Assembly (NCBI GenBank): GCA_963723855.1
Contig: CAVRSI010000015.1
Location: 195,553 to 259,552, forward strand
DNA: 64,000 nucleotides
Source of the DNA: an uncultured Actinomycetes bacterium
GTDB taxonomy: Bacteria; Actinomycetota; UBA4738; HRBIN12
Reading direction: 5' to 3'
In this document: positions 35,412 to 45,559 of the stretch, piece after piece
How the letters are laid out: every line of letters starts with the position of its first letter
How positions within the stretch are numbered: the stretch's first letter is position 1
Notes under the pieces: model-generated
Seen by the model: the letters and a program-made list of their open reading frames with translations, nothing else
Databases searched by the model: none
Told to the model about the DNA's origin: nothing
Made by a program: the position numbers and the translations under genes

Positions 35412-36500
35412 TCAGCCGCAGACGTCCACCGTCCCCGCCTTCACGCCCTGACACAGGGTCGCCTGGTCGATCCAGCCGGCGTCGAGCACGACGTTGAGGT
35501 TGTCCGGCGTGATCGCGATCGGCGTCAGCAGGATCGCCGTCATCGAGTTCCCGCCGGGGGAGTCGAACGGGACGGTCCCTTCAACATCAGCGAGGGCAGC
35601 GCCGTTCGCGAGCGCGACCGCAGCCTCGCCGGCCGCCTTGCCGAGCTCCCGCGAGTCCTTCCACACGTCCACGGTCTGCGTGCCGAGCGCGATGCGGTTC
35701 AACGCCGCCGCGTCGCCGTCCTGCCCGGAAACCGCCACCTGGCCCGCCAGGCCCTGGGCCTCGAGCGCAGCCACGACGCCGCCGGCCATCCCGTCGTTCT
35801 CCGCGACGACCGCGTCGACCTTGTTGTTGTTCTCGGTCAGGAATTGCTCCATCTCGGTCTGCGCGAGTGCGGGGTCCCAGTTGTCCGTGTAGGTCTCGCC
35901 GACGTTCTTGATGTCACCCGCACTTTCCGCGTCCTTCAGGATCTCTTTCTGGCCACTCCGGAGGAAGTCCGCGTTCGCATCGGCGGCGTTGCCCTTGATG
36001 TAGACGTAGTTCCCCTTCGGGACCTGTGCGAGGACGGCCCGCGCCTGCATGCGTCCGACCTCGACGTTGTCGAACGTGATGTAGAGGGCGCCCGGGTCCT
36101 CGATGAGCCGGTCGTACGCGATCACCGGGATGCCTTGATCGAGGGCGCTCTGCACGGCGGGCAGGATCGCCTCGCCGTCCTGCGCCAGGATGATCAGCGC
36201 GTCGGCGCCCTGCGAGATCAGATTCTCAACGTCGGTCAGCTGCTGCTCGGCCGACGATCCGGCGTCCGACGAGATGTACTTGGCACCCCCCGCGTCGAGG
36301 GCTGCTTTGATGGCGGGCTCGTCCCACTTCGCCCAGCGCTCCTCGTTGTAGTTGTTCCAGGAGACACCGACGGTGATGCCGCCTCCTCCGGTGGTGCCGG
36401 TGGTACCGCCGGTGGTACCGCCACCGCCGTTGTCGTTGTTGCTACACGCGGCGCCGACCACCGCGAGAAGCGCGATGATCACGAACAAGCGATGCTTCAT
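35412..36500 (-). CDS. xylF: Sugar (probably xylose)-binding lipoprotein of the ABC transporter
   Basis: Signal peptide with lipobox LLAVVGAAC, a Gly/Thr linker, then PBP type I sequence (VGVSWNNYNEERW...VIAYDRLI...VSGQDGD). A strong SD, GGAAGGAGGGG, precedes it. Confidence 0.7.
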   Translation of the reverse strand: MKHRLFVIIALLAVVGAACSNNDNGGGGTTGGTTGTTGGGGITVGVSWNNYNEERWAKWDEPAIKAALDAGGAKYISSDAGSSAEQQLTDVENLISQGADALIILAQDGEAILPAVQSALDQGIPVIAYDRLIEDPGALYITFDNVEVGRMQARAVLAQVPKGNYVYIKGNAADANADFLRSGQKEILKDAESAGDIKNVGETYTDNWDPALAQTEMEQFLTENNNKVDAVVAENDGMAGGVVAALEAQGLAGQVAVSGQDGDAAALNRIALGTQTVDVWKDSRELGKAAGEAAVALANGAALADVEGTVPFDSPGGNSMTAILLTPIAITPDNLNVVLDAGWIDQATLCQGVKAGTVDVCG

Positions 36501-36958
36501 CCTGTCCCCTCCTTCCGGATGGAGGCGCCCCAGCGACGCACCACCCTTTCCCCACTACTACGGCGCCACGTGCCTCCCAGGCTTCGAACGCGGCCGTCCG
36601 CAATGCTCTTCACCTACGTATGGATCGTTGATCCCTCAGCCCGCCTCCTCTTGCACCGAAACGGAGCTCGCGGCAACGATGGCACAATTATCCGGGCCGC
36701 GCAACAAAACGGACCCCTACGGGGGCGAGCATCGTCGGGCGGGCTGTTGCACCTATCCGACGTGCTCGGATACCCTGCCTTCCAGCCGGGGGTTGGCTCC
36801 ATCGCGATCGGGAACCCCCGCGTGATCCCACCGCTTGACGGCGGTCGACGTAGGAGCGCACGCTGGTCCATACAACGGAGTCCCCAACAAACCCGGCAGG
36901 CGAAGCGGGCAGGAGGGCCACCGCCATCGGAGAGCGCGGTCCCGGACGGCGCCGGGGA

Positions 36959-38143
36959 GTGGCCACGGAGGAGGTTCGACGACACAACCTCGGCGCGGTG
37001 CTCGAACGACTGCACCTCTCGGGGCCCTTGTCTCGTTCCGAGCTCACGGCTGCGACCGGGCTCAATCGGTCGACCATCGCCGACCTGCTCGGTGAGCTCA
37101 CGGCCCTCGGATTGGTCGAGGAACGCCGCGGGCCGGCCGGGTCGAAACCGGGCCGTCCGTCGCCGTTGGTGCTGTGCCGGCCCCAGGGCGCGACGGTGCT
37201 CGCGGTCGACCTCGCCGTCGACTCGATCGCGGTCGCGACGTTGGGCCTGGGAGGACACATGTACAACCGGGTCCGGGTGGCGAGACCCCGTGGCCGGTTC
37301 TCGCCGGAGGAGACGGTTCAAGACGTCGCGAAGCTGGCTGGTCCGCTCCTGGACTCGCTCCCCACGAAGCACACCCTGGCGGGCATCGGCGTCTCCGTCG
37401 TCGGGATCACGAGGCGGTCCGACGGGTTCGTCCACCTGGCTCCGAACCTGGGATGGCGCGACGTGCCGCTCGCGGCGATGCTCGCCACCGAGATCGATCT
37501 CGACGTTCCCGTATTCGCGGCCAACGATGCCGACCTCGGGGCGTTGGCGGAGCATCGTCGCGGGCTGCGCCCCGGCATCGGCGATCTGATCTACATCGCC
37601 GGCGAGTTCGGGATCGGCGCCGGGATCATCGTGGATGGGAGGCCCTTGCGCGGATCCGCCGGGTATGCCGGTGAGGCGGGGCACACGCTGATCAATCCCG
37701 ATGGGTTGCAGTGCCGGTGCGGGTCGACCGGGTGCTGGGAGACCGAGGCGGGAGAGGTCGCGCTCCTGCGCCACGCCGGGCTGAGCGAGGGAGCGGGGCG
37801 CGTCGACGAGATGGGTGAGCGTGCGGCGGCCGGCGACGGCCCCACCCTTCGAGCGATCGCAGAGGTCGGAAGATGGCTCGGGTTCGGCATCGGCAATCTC
37901 ATCAACATCTTCAATCCCGACCTCGTGATCCTCGGCGGTCTGTACCAGCGCTTGTTCAAGTACCTCGAGCCCTCGGTGGTCGAGGGCGCCCGGCTGACGA
38001 CCCTCGATCCGCCGGGCGCGCTGGCAACGATCGCCTGCAGCGGCCTGCGCTCGGATGCTCCGCTCATCGGAGCAGCCGAGCTGGTGCTGTCGGACGTGAT
38101 CGCCGACCCTGCGGGGGCCAACGCTCGGAGCGCCGTCGGGTGA
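36959..38143 (+). CDS. ROK-family transcriptional regulator, divergent from xylF (XylR-like)
   Basis: N-terminal wHTH (RRHNLGAVLERLHLSGPLSRSELTAATGLNRSTIADLLGEL) and a ROK sugar-kinase fold with the CRCGSTGCWE zinc motif. Confidence 0.8.
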   Translation: MATEEVRRHNLGAVLERLHLSGPLSRSELTAATGLNRSTIADLLGELTALGLVEERRGPAGSKPGRPSPLVLCRPQGATVLAVDLAVDSIAVATLGLGGHMYNRVRVARPRGRFSPEETVQDVAKLAGPLLDSLPTKHTLAGIGVSVVGITRRSDGFVHLAPNLGWRDVPLAAMLATEIDLDVPVFAANDADLGALAEHRRGLRPGIGDLIYIAGEFGIGAGIIVDGRPLRGSAGYAGEAGHTLINPDGLQCRCGSTGCWETEAGEVALLRHAGLSEGAGRVDEMGERAAAGDGPTLRAIAEVGRWLGFGIGNLINIFNPDLVILGGLYQRLFKYLEPSVVEGARLTTLDPPGALATIACSGLRSDAPLIGAAELVLSDVIADPAGANARSAVG

Positions 38144-39816
38144 CGCGAGGCAGCGCCGGTCGCGCACCCGTGATCTGGCTCGTCCTCGGCGTGACGACGG
38201 GGTCGTTGGCGGCGCTCGCCATCGTGGTGCTGACCCTCAACGTGCTCGGGTCGGATGCATCCGCGGCGGCGACGGCTCCACCTCACTTCGTCGAGGAAGC
38301 GGCCGCCGCCGGTGTGCATCACGTCTACGACGGCGACTTCAGGTTCTTCGTCGGAGGGGGCGTCGCGGCGTTCGACTGCAACGACGACGGACGGCCGGAC
38401 CTCTACTTCGCCGGAGGCACCGACCCCGCCGCGCTCTATCGCAACGAGAGCCCGGTCGGAGGGGAGCTGCGGTTCGCCCAGATGCCGGATCCCGTCACCG
38501 ATCTCAAGCGCGTCGTCGGCGCCTACCCCGTGGACATCGATGGGGACGGGCGGATCGACCTCGCCGTCCTGCGGTACGGCGAGAACGTGCTGCTTCGTGG
38601 CCTCGGCGACTGCCGGTTCGAGCGCGCGAATGAGGCTTGGGGCTACGAGGGTGGCGACGCCTGGACGACGGCGTTCAGCGCCAAGTGGGAGGGCTCGGCG
38701 ATGCTGCCCACGCTCGCATTCGGCAACTACCTGGATACGAGTCGTGGTCAGCAGCGCACGACCTGCGCCGACAACCAGATGGTGCGGCCGAAGGACGGCG
38801 CCGCCACGTATGCCGAGCCGATACCCCTCACCCCCGGTTGGTGCACCCTGTCGATCCTGTTCAGCGACTGGGACCGATCCGGTCGAAACGACCTGCGGAC
38901 CACCAACGACCGGCACTACTACATCGACGGCGAGGAGCAGCTGTGGCGCGTCGCCACCGGCCAGCCTCCGCGTCTGTACACCCACGATGAAGGGTGGCAG
39001 AAGCTGCAGATCTGGGGCATGGGCATCGCCACCTACGACGTGACCGGCGACGGCCTCCCGGAGGTGTTCCTGACAAGCCAGGGGGACAACAAGCTCCAGA
39101 CGCTGGCCAACGGAGCCGCCCAGCCGAACTATCGCGACATCGCGATCCAAGCGGGTGTCACCGCCCATCGGCCGTACACGGGAGGCGACATATTGCCATC
39201 CACGGCCTGGCATGCCGAGTTCCAAGACGTGAACAACGACGGCTTCATCGACCTCTTCATCACCAAGGGCAACGTCGAGGCGATGCCGGACTTCGCCACG
39301 AAGGACCCGAGCAACCTCTTGTTGGGTCAAGCCGGCGGGACGTTCAGCGAGAGCGGCGCGGCAGCCGGCATCGTCTCCTTCGCTCGCGGCCGTGGCGCAG
39401 CCGTCGTTGACCTCAATCTGGACGGGATGCTCGACCTGGTCGAGGTGAACCGCCGCCAGAACGTGAGCCTCTACAGGAACGTCGGGTGGGGCGACGCCAC
39501 ACGGCCGGCACCGATGGGCGATTGGATCGCGATACGGCTCGAACAACCAGGCCCCAACCGGGATGCGATCGGATCCTGGATCGAGGTCAGGATCGGCGAC
39601 CGGACGATCCAACGAGAGCTGACCATAGGTGGGGGCCACGCCAGTGGTGAGCTCGGCTGGATCCACTTCGGGCTCGGCGATGCCGCCGGAGCCGAGATCC
39701 GTGTTCGATGGCCGGACGGCGGAACGGGGCCGTGGCTCGAGCTGACCGCCAACCGGTTCGCGACGATCCAACGCGGAGCGACGGAACCGCAGATCTGGGT
39801 CCCGCCGAAGGACTGA
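38140..39816 (+). CDS. CRTAC1-like protein (FG-GAP/VCBS repeats + ASPIC/UnbV domain), N-terminal TM anchor
   Basis: From GTG 38140 (GTGA overlap): repeats CNDDGRPDLYFAGG, DIDGDGRIDLAV, DVTGDGLPEVFL, DVNNDGFIDLFI, DLNLDGMLDLVEV, and a C-terminal GSWIEVRIGDRTIQRELTIGGGHASG. Confidence 0.75.
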   Translation: MTRGSAGRAPVIWLVLGVTTGSLAALAIVVLTLNVLGSDASAAATAPPHFVEEAAAAGVHHVYDGDFRFFVGGGVAAFDCNDDGRPDLYFAGGTDPAALYRNESPVGGELRFAQMPDPVTDLKRVVGAYPVDIDGDGRIDLAVLRYGENVLLRGLGDCRFERANEAWGYEGGDAWTTAFSAKWEGSAMLPTLAFGNYLDTSRGQQRTTCADNQMVRPKDGAATYAEPIPLTPGWCTLSILFSDWDRSGRNDLRTTNDRHYYIDGEEQLWRVATGQPPRLYTHDEGWQKLQIWGMGIATYDVTGDGLPEVFLTSQGDNKLQTLANGAAQPNYRDIAIQAGVTAHRPYTGGDILPSTAWHAEFQDVNNDGFIDLFITKGNVEAMPDFATKDPSNLLLGQAGGTFSESGAAAGIVSFARGRGAAVVDLNLDGMLDLVEVNRRQNVSLYRNVGWGDATRPAPMGDWIAIRLEQPGPNRDAIGSWIEVRIGDRTIQRELTIGGGHASGELGWIHFGLGDAAGAEIRVRWPDGGTGPWLELTANRFATIQRGATEPQIWVPPKD

Positions 39817-39878
39817 CCGGCGGTGGGGAGATGACCAGCGCGAGGCTCGCCGAGATCTCCTTGCCCGACTTCGGGCGG

Positions 39879-40274
39879 TCAACCGTCCGGCGCCGCGACG
39901 GCTTCGATCTCGACCAGCTGTCCGCGATACCCGAGGATCGCCACTCCCACCAGGGTGCTCGGCGCTGCAGCGATCGGTGATCGCTGCACCGCCTCCCATA
40001 CAGCGGCCTGCCGATCGTGATCCCCGGCGACGATGAACACGGTCGTCTTCACCACGTCCTCCGGGCCGGCGCCGGCGGCGGCAAGCGCGGCCAAGAGGTT
40101 GGCGATCACCTGATCGGTCTGTGCGACGGCGTCGTCGGGTCCGACCAAACCGCCGCGGGCGTCCAAGGGAACGGCACCTGCCGTGAAGACGAGCGTGGCG
40201 CCGCGTGCGATGGCGACGTGCGAGTAGCCGGGAGGATCGGCCAGTCCGGATGCGTTCCGCCGTTCGACGGCCAT
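39879..40274 (-). CDS. RidA/YjgF-family protein
   Basis: MAVERRNASGLADPPGYSHVAIARGATLVFTAGAVPLDARGGLVG...VKTTVFIV...STLVGVAILGYRGQLVEIEAVA. Confidence 0.75.
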   Translation of the reverse strand: MAVERRNASGLADPPGYSHVAIARGATLVFTAGAVPLDARGGLVGPDDAVAQTDQVIANLLAALAAAGAGPEDVVKTTVFIVAGDHDRQAAVWEAVQRSPIAAAPSTLVGVAILGYRGQLVEIEAVAAPDG

Positions 40275-40496
40275 GCGGGAACCGTAACAGCCGCGCTGCG
40301 CCGGGGGCCGAGTTCGTCCCCGTGTCGAGGGAGTCACCGGCTCGACGGCCGATCCCGACCGCAACGAGTCCTTCTTCCCAACGGAGGTCCCTTCAGGGCG
40401 GGGTCCTTCGGCCCGTAAGGGCCCGTCGTCCTACCCCGAGACTGAACGCATACCTGTTAGCGGCCCACGAAGGGCCCGATCCAAGGGAGGCACCAC

Positions 40497-41090
40497 ATGG
40501 ACAGGACGACCTGGGACAAGATCGTCAGTGCGAGCGCCGCGGTCATCGCCGTGGCGATGATCGTGCTCGGAGGCTTCGCCATCTACGGCGGGAACTTCGG
40601 ACGCGACAACGTGAAGAGTCGGCTCGAGCCGGAGAAGGTCTCGTTCGCACCGCTCGACGCGATGTCGCCGGAAGAGCAGCAGACGCTCGGGGAGTTCGCG
40701 GGGCAGCAGGTCACGACCGGCCCGCAGGCCGAGGCGTTCGCCCGCTACATCGCGGGACACCTCCAGGGCGTGAACGACGGGAAGACCTACGCGGAGACCA
40801 GTGCAGCGGCACGCGCCGAGGGCCTGGCCCCCGACGTCGCGGCGGAGCTCGCAGGCAAGGCCGATACCCTCTTCAAGGGTGAGACGCTCCGCTCGATCAT
40901 GCTGAACGCCTACGGCTGGTGGACGGTCGCGACGATCGCCCTCTACGTGGGTTACGCGATGATCGCGCTCGGGATCCTGCTCGGGGTGCTCTCGATCCTC
41001 GGATTCTGGCACGCGAAGCGCACGAAGGCCGACGCTCCCGTCGGGGACGACACCGACAACAGCAAGCTGCCGGTGACCGCATCCGTGTAG
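40497..41090 (+). CDS. Hypothetical two-TM membrane protein
   Basis: 197 aa with an N-terminal TM (AAVIAVAMIVLGGFAIYGG) and a C-terminal TM pair (WWTVATIALYVGYAMIALGILLGVLSILGFW). The SD GGGAGG precedes it. Confidence 0.6.
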   Translation: MDRTTWDKIVSASAAVIAVAMIVLGGFAIYGGNFGRDNVKSRLEPEKVSFAPLDAMSPEEQQTLGEFAGQQVTTGPQAEAFARYIAGHLQGVNDGKTYAETSAAARAEGLAPDVAAELAGKADTLFKGETLRSIMLNAYGWWTVATIALYVGYAMIALGILLGVLSILGFWHAKRTKADAPVGDDTDNSKLPVTASV

Positions 41091-41112
41091 GAACGCACTC
41101 GTACGGCACCTC

Positions 41113-41140
41113 CGACCGCCCGGGATACCCCGGGCGGTCG
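41113..41140 (+). terminator. GC-rich hairpin after the 40497..41090 gene (12-bp stem, ATAC loop, no U tract)
   Basis: CGACCGCCCGGG-ATAC-CCCGGGCGGTCG is a perfect inverted repeat 23 nt after the stop codon. Confidence 0.5.
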
Positions 41141-41249
41141 TTCCATGCCCGGCGAGCTACTGGGATGATGGGTTCGGTTTCGCGGCCGGCGCACATGGGG
41201 TAGCCCTTCGGAACGGGGACGACCGACCGTCCGGCCGGGAGATGGTGTC

Positions 41250-41471
41250 GTGCAGGAGCGGAACACCTTCTGGGTCATGGAGCGAGCGCGACAGTGGATC
41301 GTGCGCCACGACGACGTCGACATCGCAACCCTGCCCAGCCGGACCCATGCGGTCGCCGTCGCCATGAACCGCGCCAAAGAGGACCAGCCGAGCGAGGTCC
41401 TGGTCCTCGGACCGACCGGGGCCATCGAAGAACGCAGGACGTTCGGCGAGGATCCCCTCGCGGAAACCTAG
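41250..41471 (+). CDS. Small DUF2188-like protein
   Basis: 73 aa, (M)QERNTFWVMERARQWIVRHDDVDIATLPSRTHAVAVAMNRAKEDQPSEVLVLGPTGAIEERRTFGEDP. The family call is from memory of the DUF2188 pattern. Confidence 0.5.
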   Translation: MQERNTFWVMERARQWIVRHDDVDIATLPSRTHAVAVAMNRAKEDQPSEVLVLGPTGAIEERRTFGEDPLAET

Positions 41472-42358
41472 CTCCGGCTCCGCCTGCCTGTCAGCATCAC
41501 GCCCGCCGCGATCAGGAACGTCGACGTCAGGAAGATGCTCTCGGGCGGGAACGCCTTGATGCCGGCGACGTCCGCGTTCGCCTGGAAGACACCGCCGACC
41601 ATGAGGTTGAGCTGCTCGAGCGCTCCGAAGACGGCGACCGCCGCACCGAGCAGGTATCCCATCGCGCGACGACGGACCAGCAACACGCCGGCAACGATCA
41701 GCGCCGGCATCGCCAACCCGAGGTCGAGCGCGAACACCAGATGTTGTCCACGCACCGGGATGTCCTCGATGACCGCTCCGGTCGCCACGTTCCGCACCAG
41801 GACGAAGATCCAGAGCGCCGCTTGCAGCACGCCGACCGTCATCAGGAACCCGCCGACCCATCGAGCGGTTCGATCGTTGCAGAGGCGATCGGCGATCGAG
41901 CCGACATCGAGGCTCGGGATGGCGCACGCCAGCGTGAAGACCGAGAGCGACAGCAGAGCGATGTGCATCAGGAAGAGATCGTTGAACGCCGCTCCGAACG
42001 CGTAGAACGCGTAGTTGTACAGCGTGTACGCGATCACGCCGATCCACACGGCCTGCGCCCGGCGAGAGCCTCGTGATGCCAGGAGGAGCGCGACGATCAG
42101 CACGGGAGCGGCAACCGCGAGGGTCACGAGATCGCCGCCGCGCAACGCCTCACGCGCCCAGGCGCCCTCGTGGTACAGGTCGTGCACGAACAGTCCCGCC
42201 GCGGACGCCGCGATCATCAGGCCGGCGGCGAGCCACGACATGACGGAGGCCACCCGCAACGGAGCGCTCGTCGCCCGTGTGGGTCGCCCGTCATGCGGAG
42301 CCAGCGCCATCGGGCGTCCGGCACCGTTCGTCGTGACAACGGTATCCATCGTCCTCAC
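41468..42358 (-). CDS. Hypothetical integral membrane protein (about 7-8 TM)
   Basis: A 296-aa ORF that is hydrophobic throughout. I recognise no family. Confidence 0.55.
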   Translation of the reverse strand: MRTMDTVVTTNGAGRPMALAPHDGRPTRATSAPLRVASVMSWLAAGLMIAASAAGLFVHDLYHEGAWAREALRGGDLVTLAVAAPVLIVALLLASRGSRRAQAVWIGVIAYTLYNYAFYAFGAAFNDLFLMHIALLSLSVFTLACAIPSLDVGSIADRLCNDRTARWVGGFLMTVGVLQAALWIFVLVRNVATGAVIEDIPVRGQHLVFALDLGLAMPALIVAGVLLVRRRAMGYLLGAAVAVFGALEQLNLMVGGVFQANADVAGIKAFPPESIFLTSTFLIAAGVMLTGRRSRS

Positions 42359-42538
42359 CTCGTCTCGCTCTTCTCGATCCGAGGCTAGGACGCGGCTGGG
42401 AACCGGTCCCGGGTCGTCCGTCCCGGGGCGACCGGGTCCAGCGGAGGGCCCTCAGGCCGCGCGCTTCCCGCGAGCGTTGCCGATCGCGATCGTGGCGAAC
42501 CCTCGCAGGCCGGGCACCCTCCTGAAGGTTGCCGGGAC

Positions 42539-44617
42539 TCAAGGGTTCTCGGCATCCACGGGGACCCGTCCGAGCACCGAGGTGCCTTCGCCCGGAGACG
42601 TGCGCACGTCCAACGAGCCGCCGAGCGCGGCGAGACGATCGGACATGTTCTGCAGGCCCATCCCGTAGGGCGTCGCCGCCTTGTTGAATCCCCTGCCGTC
42701 GTCCGTCACGGAGAACGCGAGGCTGCCGTTCTCCGGATGCAGCCTGATCGCGACATGAGACGCCTGCGCGTACTTCGCGACGTTCTGCAACGCCTCGAGC
42801 ACCGAGAAGTAGACGGCCGACTCGATCTCCCGCGGGTACCGGCCGATGCCGTCGCTGTCGACGGTGACGGGGAGCGGCGACTTGCGAGCCTGGGCCTCGA
42901 GCGCTTCCGGCAGACCTCGGTCGGCAAGGAGCGGCGGGTAGATCCCGCGGGCGAGGTCGCGGAGGTTCTCCAACGCGTCCTGTGCGTCGTCCAGGATCCC
43001 GTGGAGCGCCTCGCGTTGCTGCTGTTCGTCCTGACCGACCATGCCTTCGGCCAACCGCACCTTCACCGCCAGCGCGACGAGCTGCTGCTGCGCCCCGTCG
43101 TGGATGTTGCGCTCCAACCGCCGGCGCTCTTCGTCCTGCGCGGCGACCAGCCGTTGACGCGACGAGCGGAGGTCCTCGATCAGCCGGAAGTTCTCCAGGA
43201 TCAAGCCGGCCTGCGCGGCCAGATCCGCGAGCAGCTCGTCCTCCTCGGGCACGACCGGATCGTTCGGTGGCTTCGTGACGGTGAGCGCGCCGAGCAGCTC
43301 GCTCCCGTGGCGGACCGCGACGGCGGCGTCCGCGTCGGGGAACGTGGGGAGCGTCGATCCCTCCGAAACGATCGGCGGATGCGGCGCCGTCGGCTCCGGC
43401 CACGACGCGGCAGGACGCATCTCGACGCCGACGCGGAGCCAGACCGTGGCGTCTGCCGCGCCCGTTCCCTCCGCCAGCAGCCGCGCCATGCGCGGAAGGA
43501 GATGCTCGCCCGCGAACGTCTCGCCGACGTTCGCGGAGAACCCCGAGAGGACCTCGTACGGTGTGGCACGCTTGCCGTAGATCACGCGGTTCGCGGCGCG
43601 TTTCGCCTTCTCGCGCGCGGGCTGGAACGCGATCGCGACGACGGCGGTGGCGACGAGCGACAGGAACTGCGTCGCGCCGACGAACGCGCCGACCACGACG
43701 ACGAACGCGACGTACACGACCGTGATGAACGCCGCGAGCAGTCCGTAGACGACCGCCTTGTTGACGAAGAAGTCGATGTCGTACAGGCGGTGCCTGAGGA
43801 TCGCGGTCCCGATGGCCGCGTAGAGGAGCAGCAGTGAGACGTCGAACAACACGGAGGCGAGCGAACTGTTGGTGAGGAGCGTGGCGGTGAAGGTGACCGC
43901 GACGAGGAGTGCCGCGGTCACGAACCACTTGAGTTGCACGCGTTCGTGACCCACCGACCGGGAGAACCTGACGGCGAGCGACGCGAACGAGAGGAACGTC
44001 GCGACCGGGAGCGCGAACACGACGATCACGAACAGCGTCAGCGCGAACGAGGTGAGCCACCCGCCCCGCGCGGTGTTCGCCAGGGTGAACGGCCGGGTCC
44101 ATATGGCGGTGGCGAAGATGGTGGTGGTGAAGACGATCAAGGCGAACGAGGCCGCCGCGAACCAGGCTACCGGCCTCCATCGTGGCGACGGGAGATGGCC
44201 GTCGGGGAACAGGAGGAACAGGAACGGCAGCAACGCGACCGGTATCGGCCAGATGGCGTTCGCGATCCAGCCGGAGGCGCGTCCTCCCGGGAGCGTCCCC
44301 CGCTCGGCGATCAGGGCGTGCAACGCGTAGGCACGCGAGAACCCGCTCAAGCCGAGGGCGAATCCGGCGGCGAGCAACAGCCAGCCGATCGGGTTCTCGG
44401 GACGGCGGGCCGCGATGACCAGGCCGATGACGGGCACGCCGACGGTGACCAGGAGACCGAACACGTTGGTCAAGCTCCAGTCGTCGGACGCTTCCGGGAG
44501 CACGACGTTGCGATCCACGTACATGAGGACGAGGTTCGCGACCATCAGCGCGATGGACGTGACGCCGATCGTCCACGCGACCCAGCGGGCCTTCCACCAC
44601 GGGCTACCGTCGCTCAC
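42539..44617 (-). CDS. Sensor histidine kinase, HisKA_3 (NarL-partner) type, with a large multi-TM N-terminal domain; no response regulator adjacent
   Basis: 692 aa. H-box ERRRLERNIHDGAQQQLVAL, and an HATPase_c region (EALQNVAKYAQAS...DDGRGF...GMGLQNMSDRLAALGGSL). Confidence 0.8.
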   Translation of the reverse strand: MSDGSPWWKARWVAWTIGVTSIALMVANLVLMYVDRNVVLPEASDDWSLTNVFGLLVTVGVPVIGLVIAARRPENPIGWLLLAAGFALGLSGFSRAYALHALIAERGTLPGGRASGWIANAIWPIPVALLPFLFLLFPDGHLPSPRWRPVAWFAAASFALIVFTTTIFATAIWTRPFTLANTARGGWLTSFALTLFVIVVFALPVATFLSFASLAVRFSRSVGHERVQLKWFVTAALLVAVTFTATLLTNSSLASVLFDVSLLLLYAAIGTAILRHRLYDIDFFVNKAVVYGLLAAFITVVYVAFVVVVGAFVGATQFLSLVATAVVAIAFQPAREKAKRAANRVIYGKRATPYEVLSGFSANVGETFAGEHLLPRMARLLAEGTGAADATVWLRVGVEMRPAASWPEPTAPHPPIVSEGSTLPTFPDADAAVAVRHGSELLGALTVTKPPNDPVVPEEDELLADLAAQAGLILENFRLIEDLRSSRQRLVAAQDEERRRLERNIHDGAQQQLVALAVKVRLAEGMVGQDEQQQREALHGILDDAQDALENLRDLARGIYPPLLADRGLPEALEAQARKSPLPVTVDSDGIGRYPREIESAVYFSVLEALQNVAKYAQASHVAIRLHPENGSLAFSVTDDGRGFNKAATPYGMGLQNMSDRLAALGGSLDVRTSPGEGTSVLGRVPVDAENP

Positions 44618-44665
44618 GAGCCGATTCTCTCCGCGCGCAGGTCCGAAAGGAAGCCCGCCGACAGC

Positions 44666-45544
44666 TCACCAGGTGCGGGCCCAGGCCGGCGCCTCGGTGG
44701 GGTCGGGCTCGAGGCCGTTCAGATCGTGTGACCACGTCGTGCTCCACGTGCCGGCGCCCCGCTCGCGGATCTGGATCTCGCCACCCCGGGTCGCGACCAG
44801 GAGCCGGCCGGCGGCATCCCAATCGGCCCACCCGACATCCTCCAGCGACGTCGTTCGTGTGCCGTCTTCCAGTAGGTACGCGACCTCCACGCCCTCGATA
44901 AAGGGCTCGGCGTGCGAGTGCCCGCCGTGCGCCAGGACCAGCGCCGTCGCCCCGTCGCCGGGCCGGAGGCGGCGGAGCATCAGATGGATCGATCGATCCG
45001 GGATGGGCAGGTGCGCGAGCCGTGAGTCGCCGGCCCTGACCTCGAGCGGTTCCCATCCGCGTCGGAGCTCGTTCGCCACGTCACGCTCGTCGAACGCGTT
45101 GTCTCCCACCCAGGTCTCCGCGCGAGGCACCCTGGCGACCACCCGCCCGTCGAAGCGGCCGTGATCCGGCGGGTCGTCCGGACGGAACGGAACGGCGAGG
45201 CTGCCCTCCTGGAGGAACTCGCATCCCCAGGCGTAGGTGGTCCCCATGTGCCACGCGGCGAGCGCCGTGAGCCACGGGACCTTCGACACGGCGTAGTACG
45301 TGTCCCACGGCGCGGGCCGGCCGGTGAGCGCGAAGTACGCGAACAGCCGCCCGTCGCCCGAGATCTCGCAACGGCGCGGGTAGATCGTGCCGTGGAACCA
45401 GGCGCCGGGCTCGACGGTCTGTGCGTCCAGATCCCACCGGAGCAGGTGGAACCACTCGGTGGGACCGCGCCGGAGCACGAGCGCGACCGGCGCGGCGCGG
45501 GCCACGAGGACGTACAGACGCGGCGGCGGCATCCGGGCCTCCAC
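44666..45544 (-). CDS. Hypothetical protein
   Basis: A clean 292-aa ORF with non-repetitive composition. I recognise no family. Confidence 0.5.
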   Translation of the reverse strand: MEARMPPPRLYVLVARAAPVALVLRRGPTEWFHLLRWDLDAQTVEPGAWFHGTIYPRRCEISGDGRLFAYFALTGRPAPWDTYYAVSKVPWLTALAAWHMGTTYAWGCEFLQEGSLAVPFRPDDPPDHGRFDGRVVARVPRAETWVGDNAFDERDVANELRRGWEPLEVRAGDSRLAHLPIPDRSIHLMLRRLRPGDGATALVLAHGGHSHAEPFIEGVEVAYLLEDGTRTTSLEDVGWADWDAAGRLLVATRGGEIQIRERGAGTWSTTWSHDLNGLEPDPTEAPAWARTW

Positions 45545-45559
45545 GGGTCGACGGGCGGT

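Noticed and set aside
40410-40476. Two similar small hairpins, GGCCC-GUAA-GGGCC (40410-40423) and GGCCC-ACGAA-GGGCC (40462-40476), in the leader of the 40497 gene.
   Set aside because: The stems are only 5 bp in a GC-rich background. I recognised no known motif, so this is too weak to call a structured RNA.
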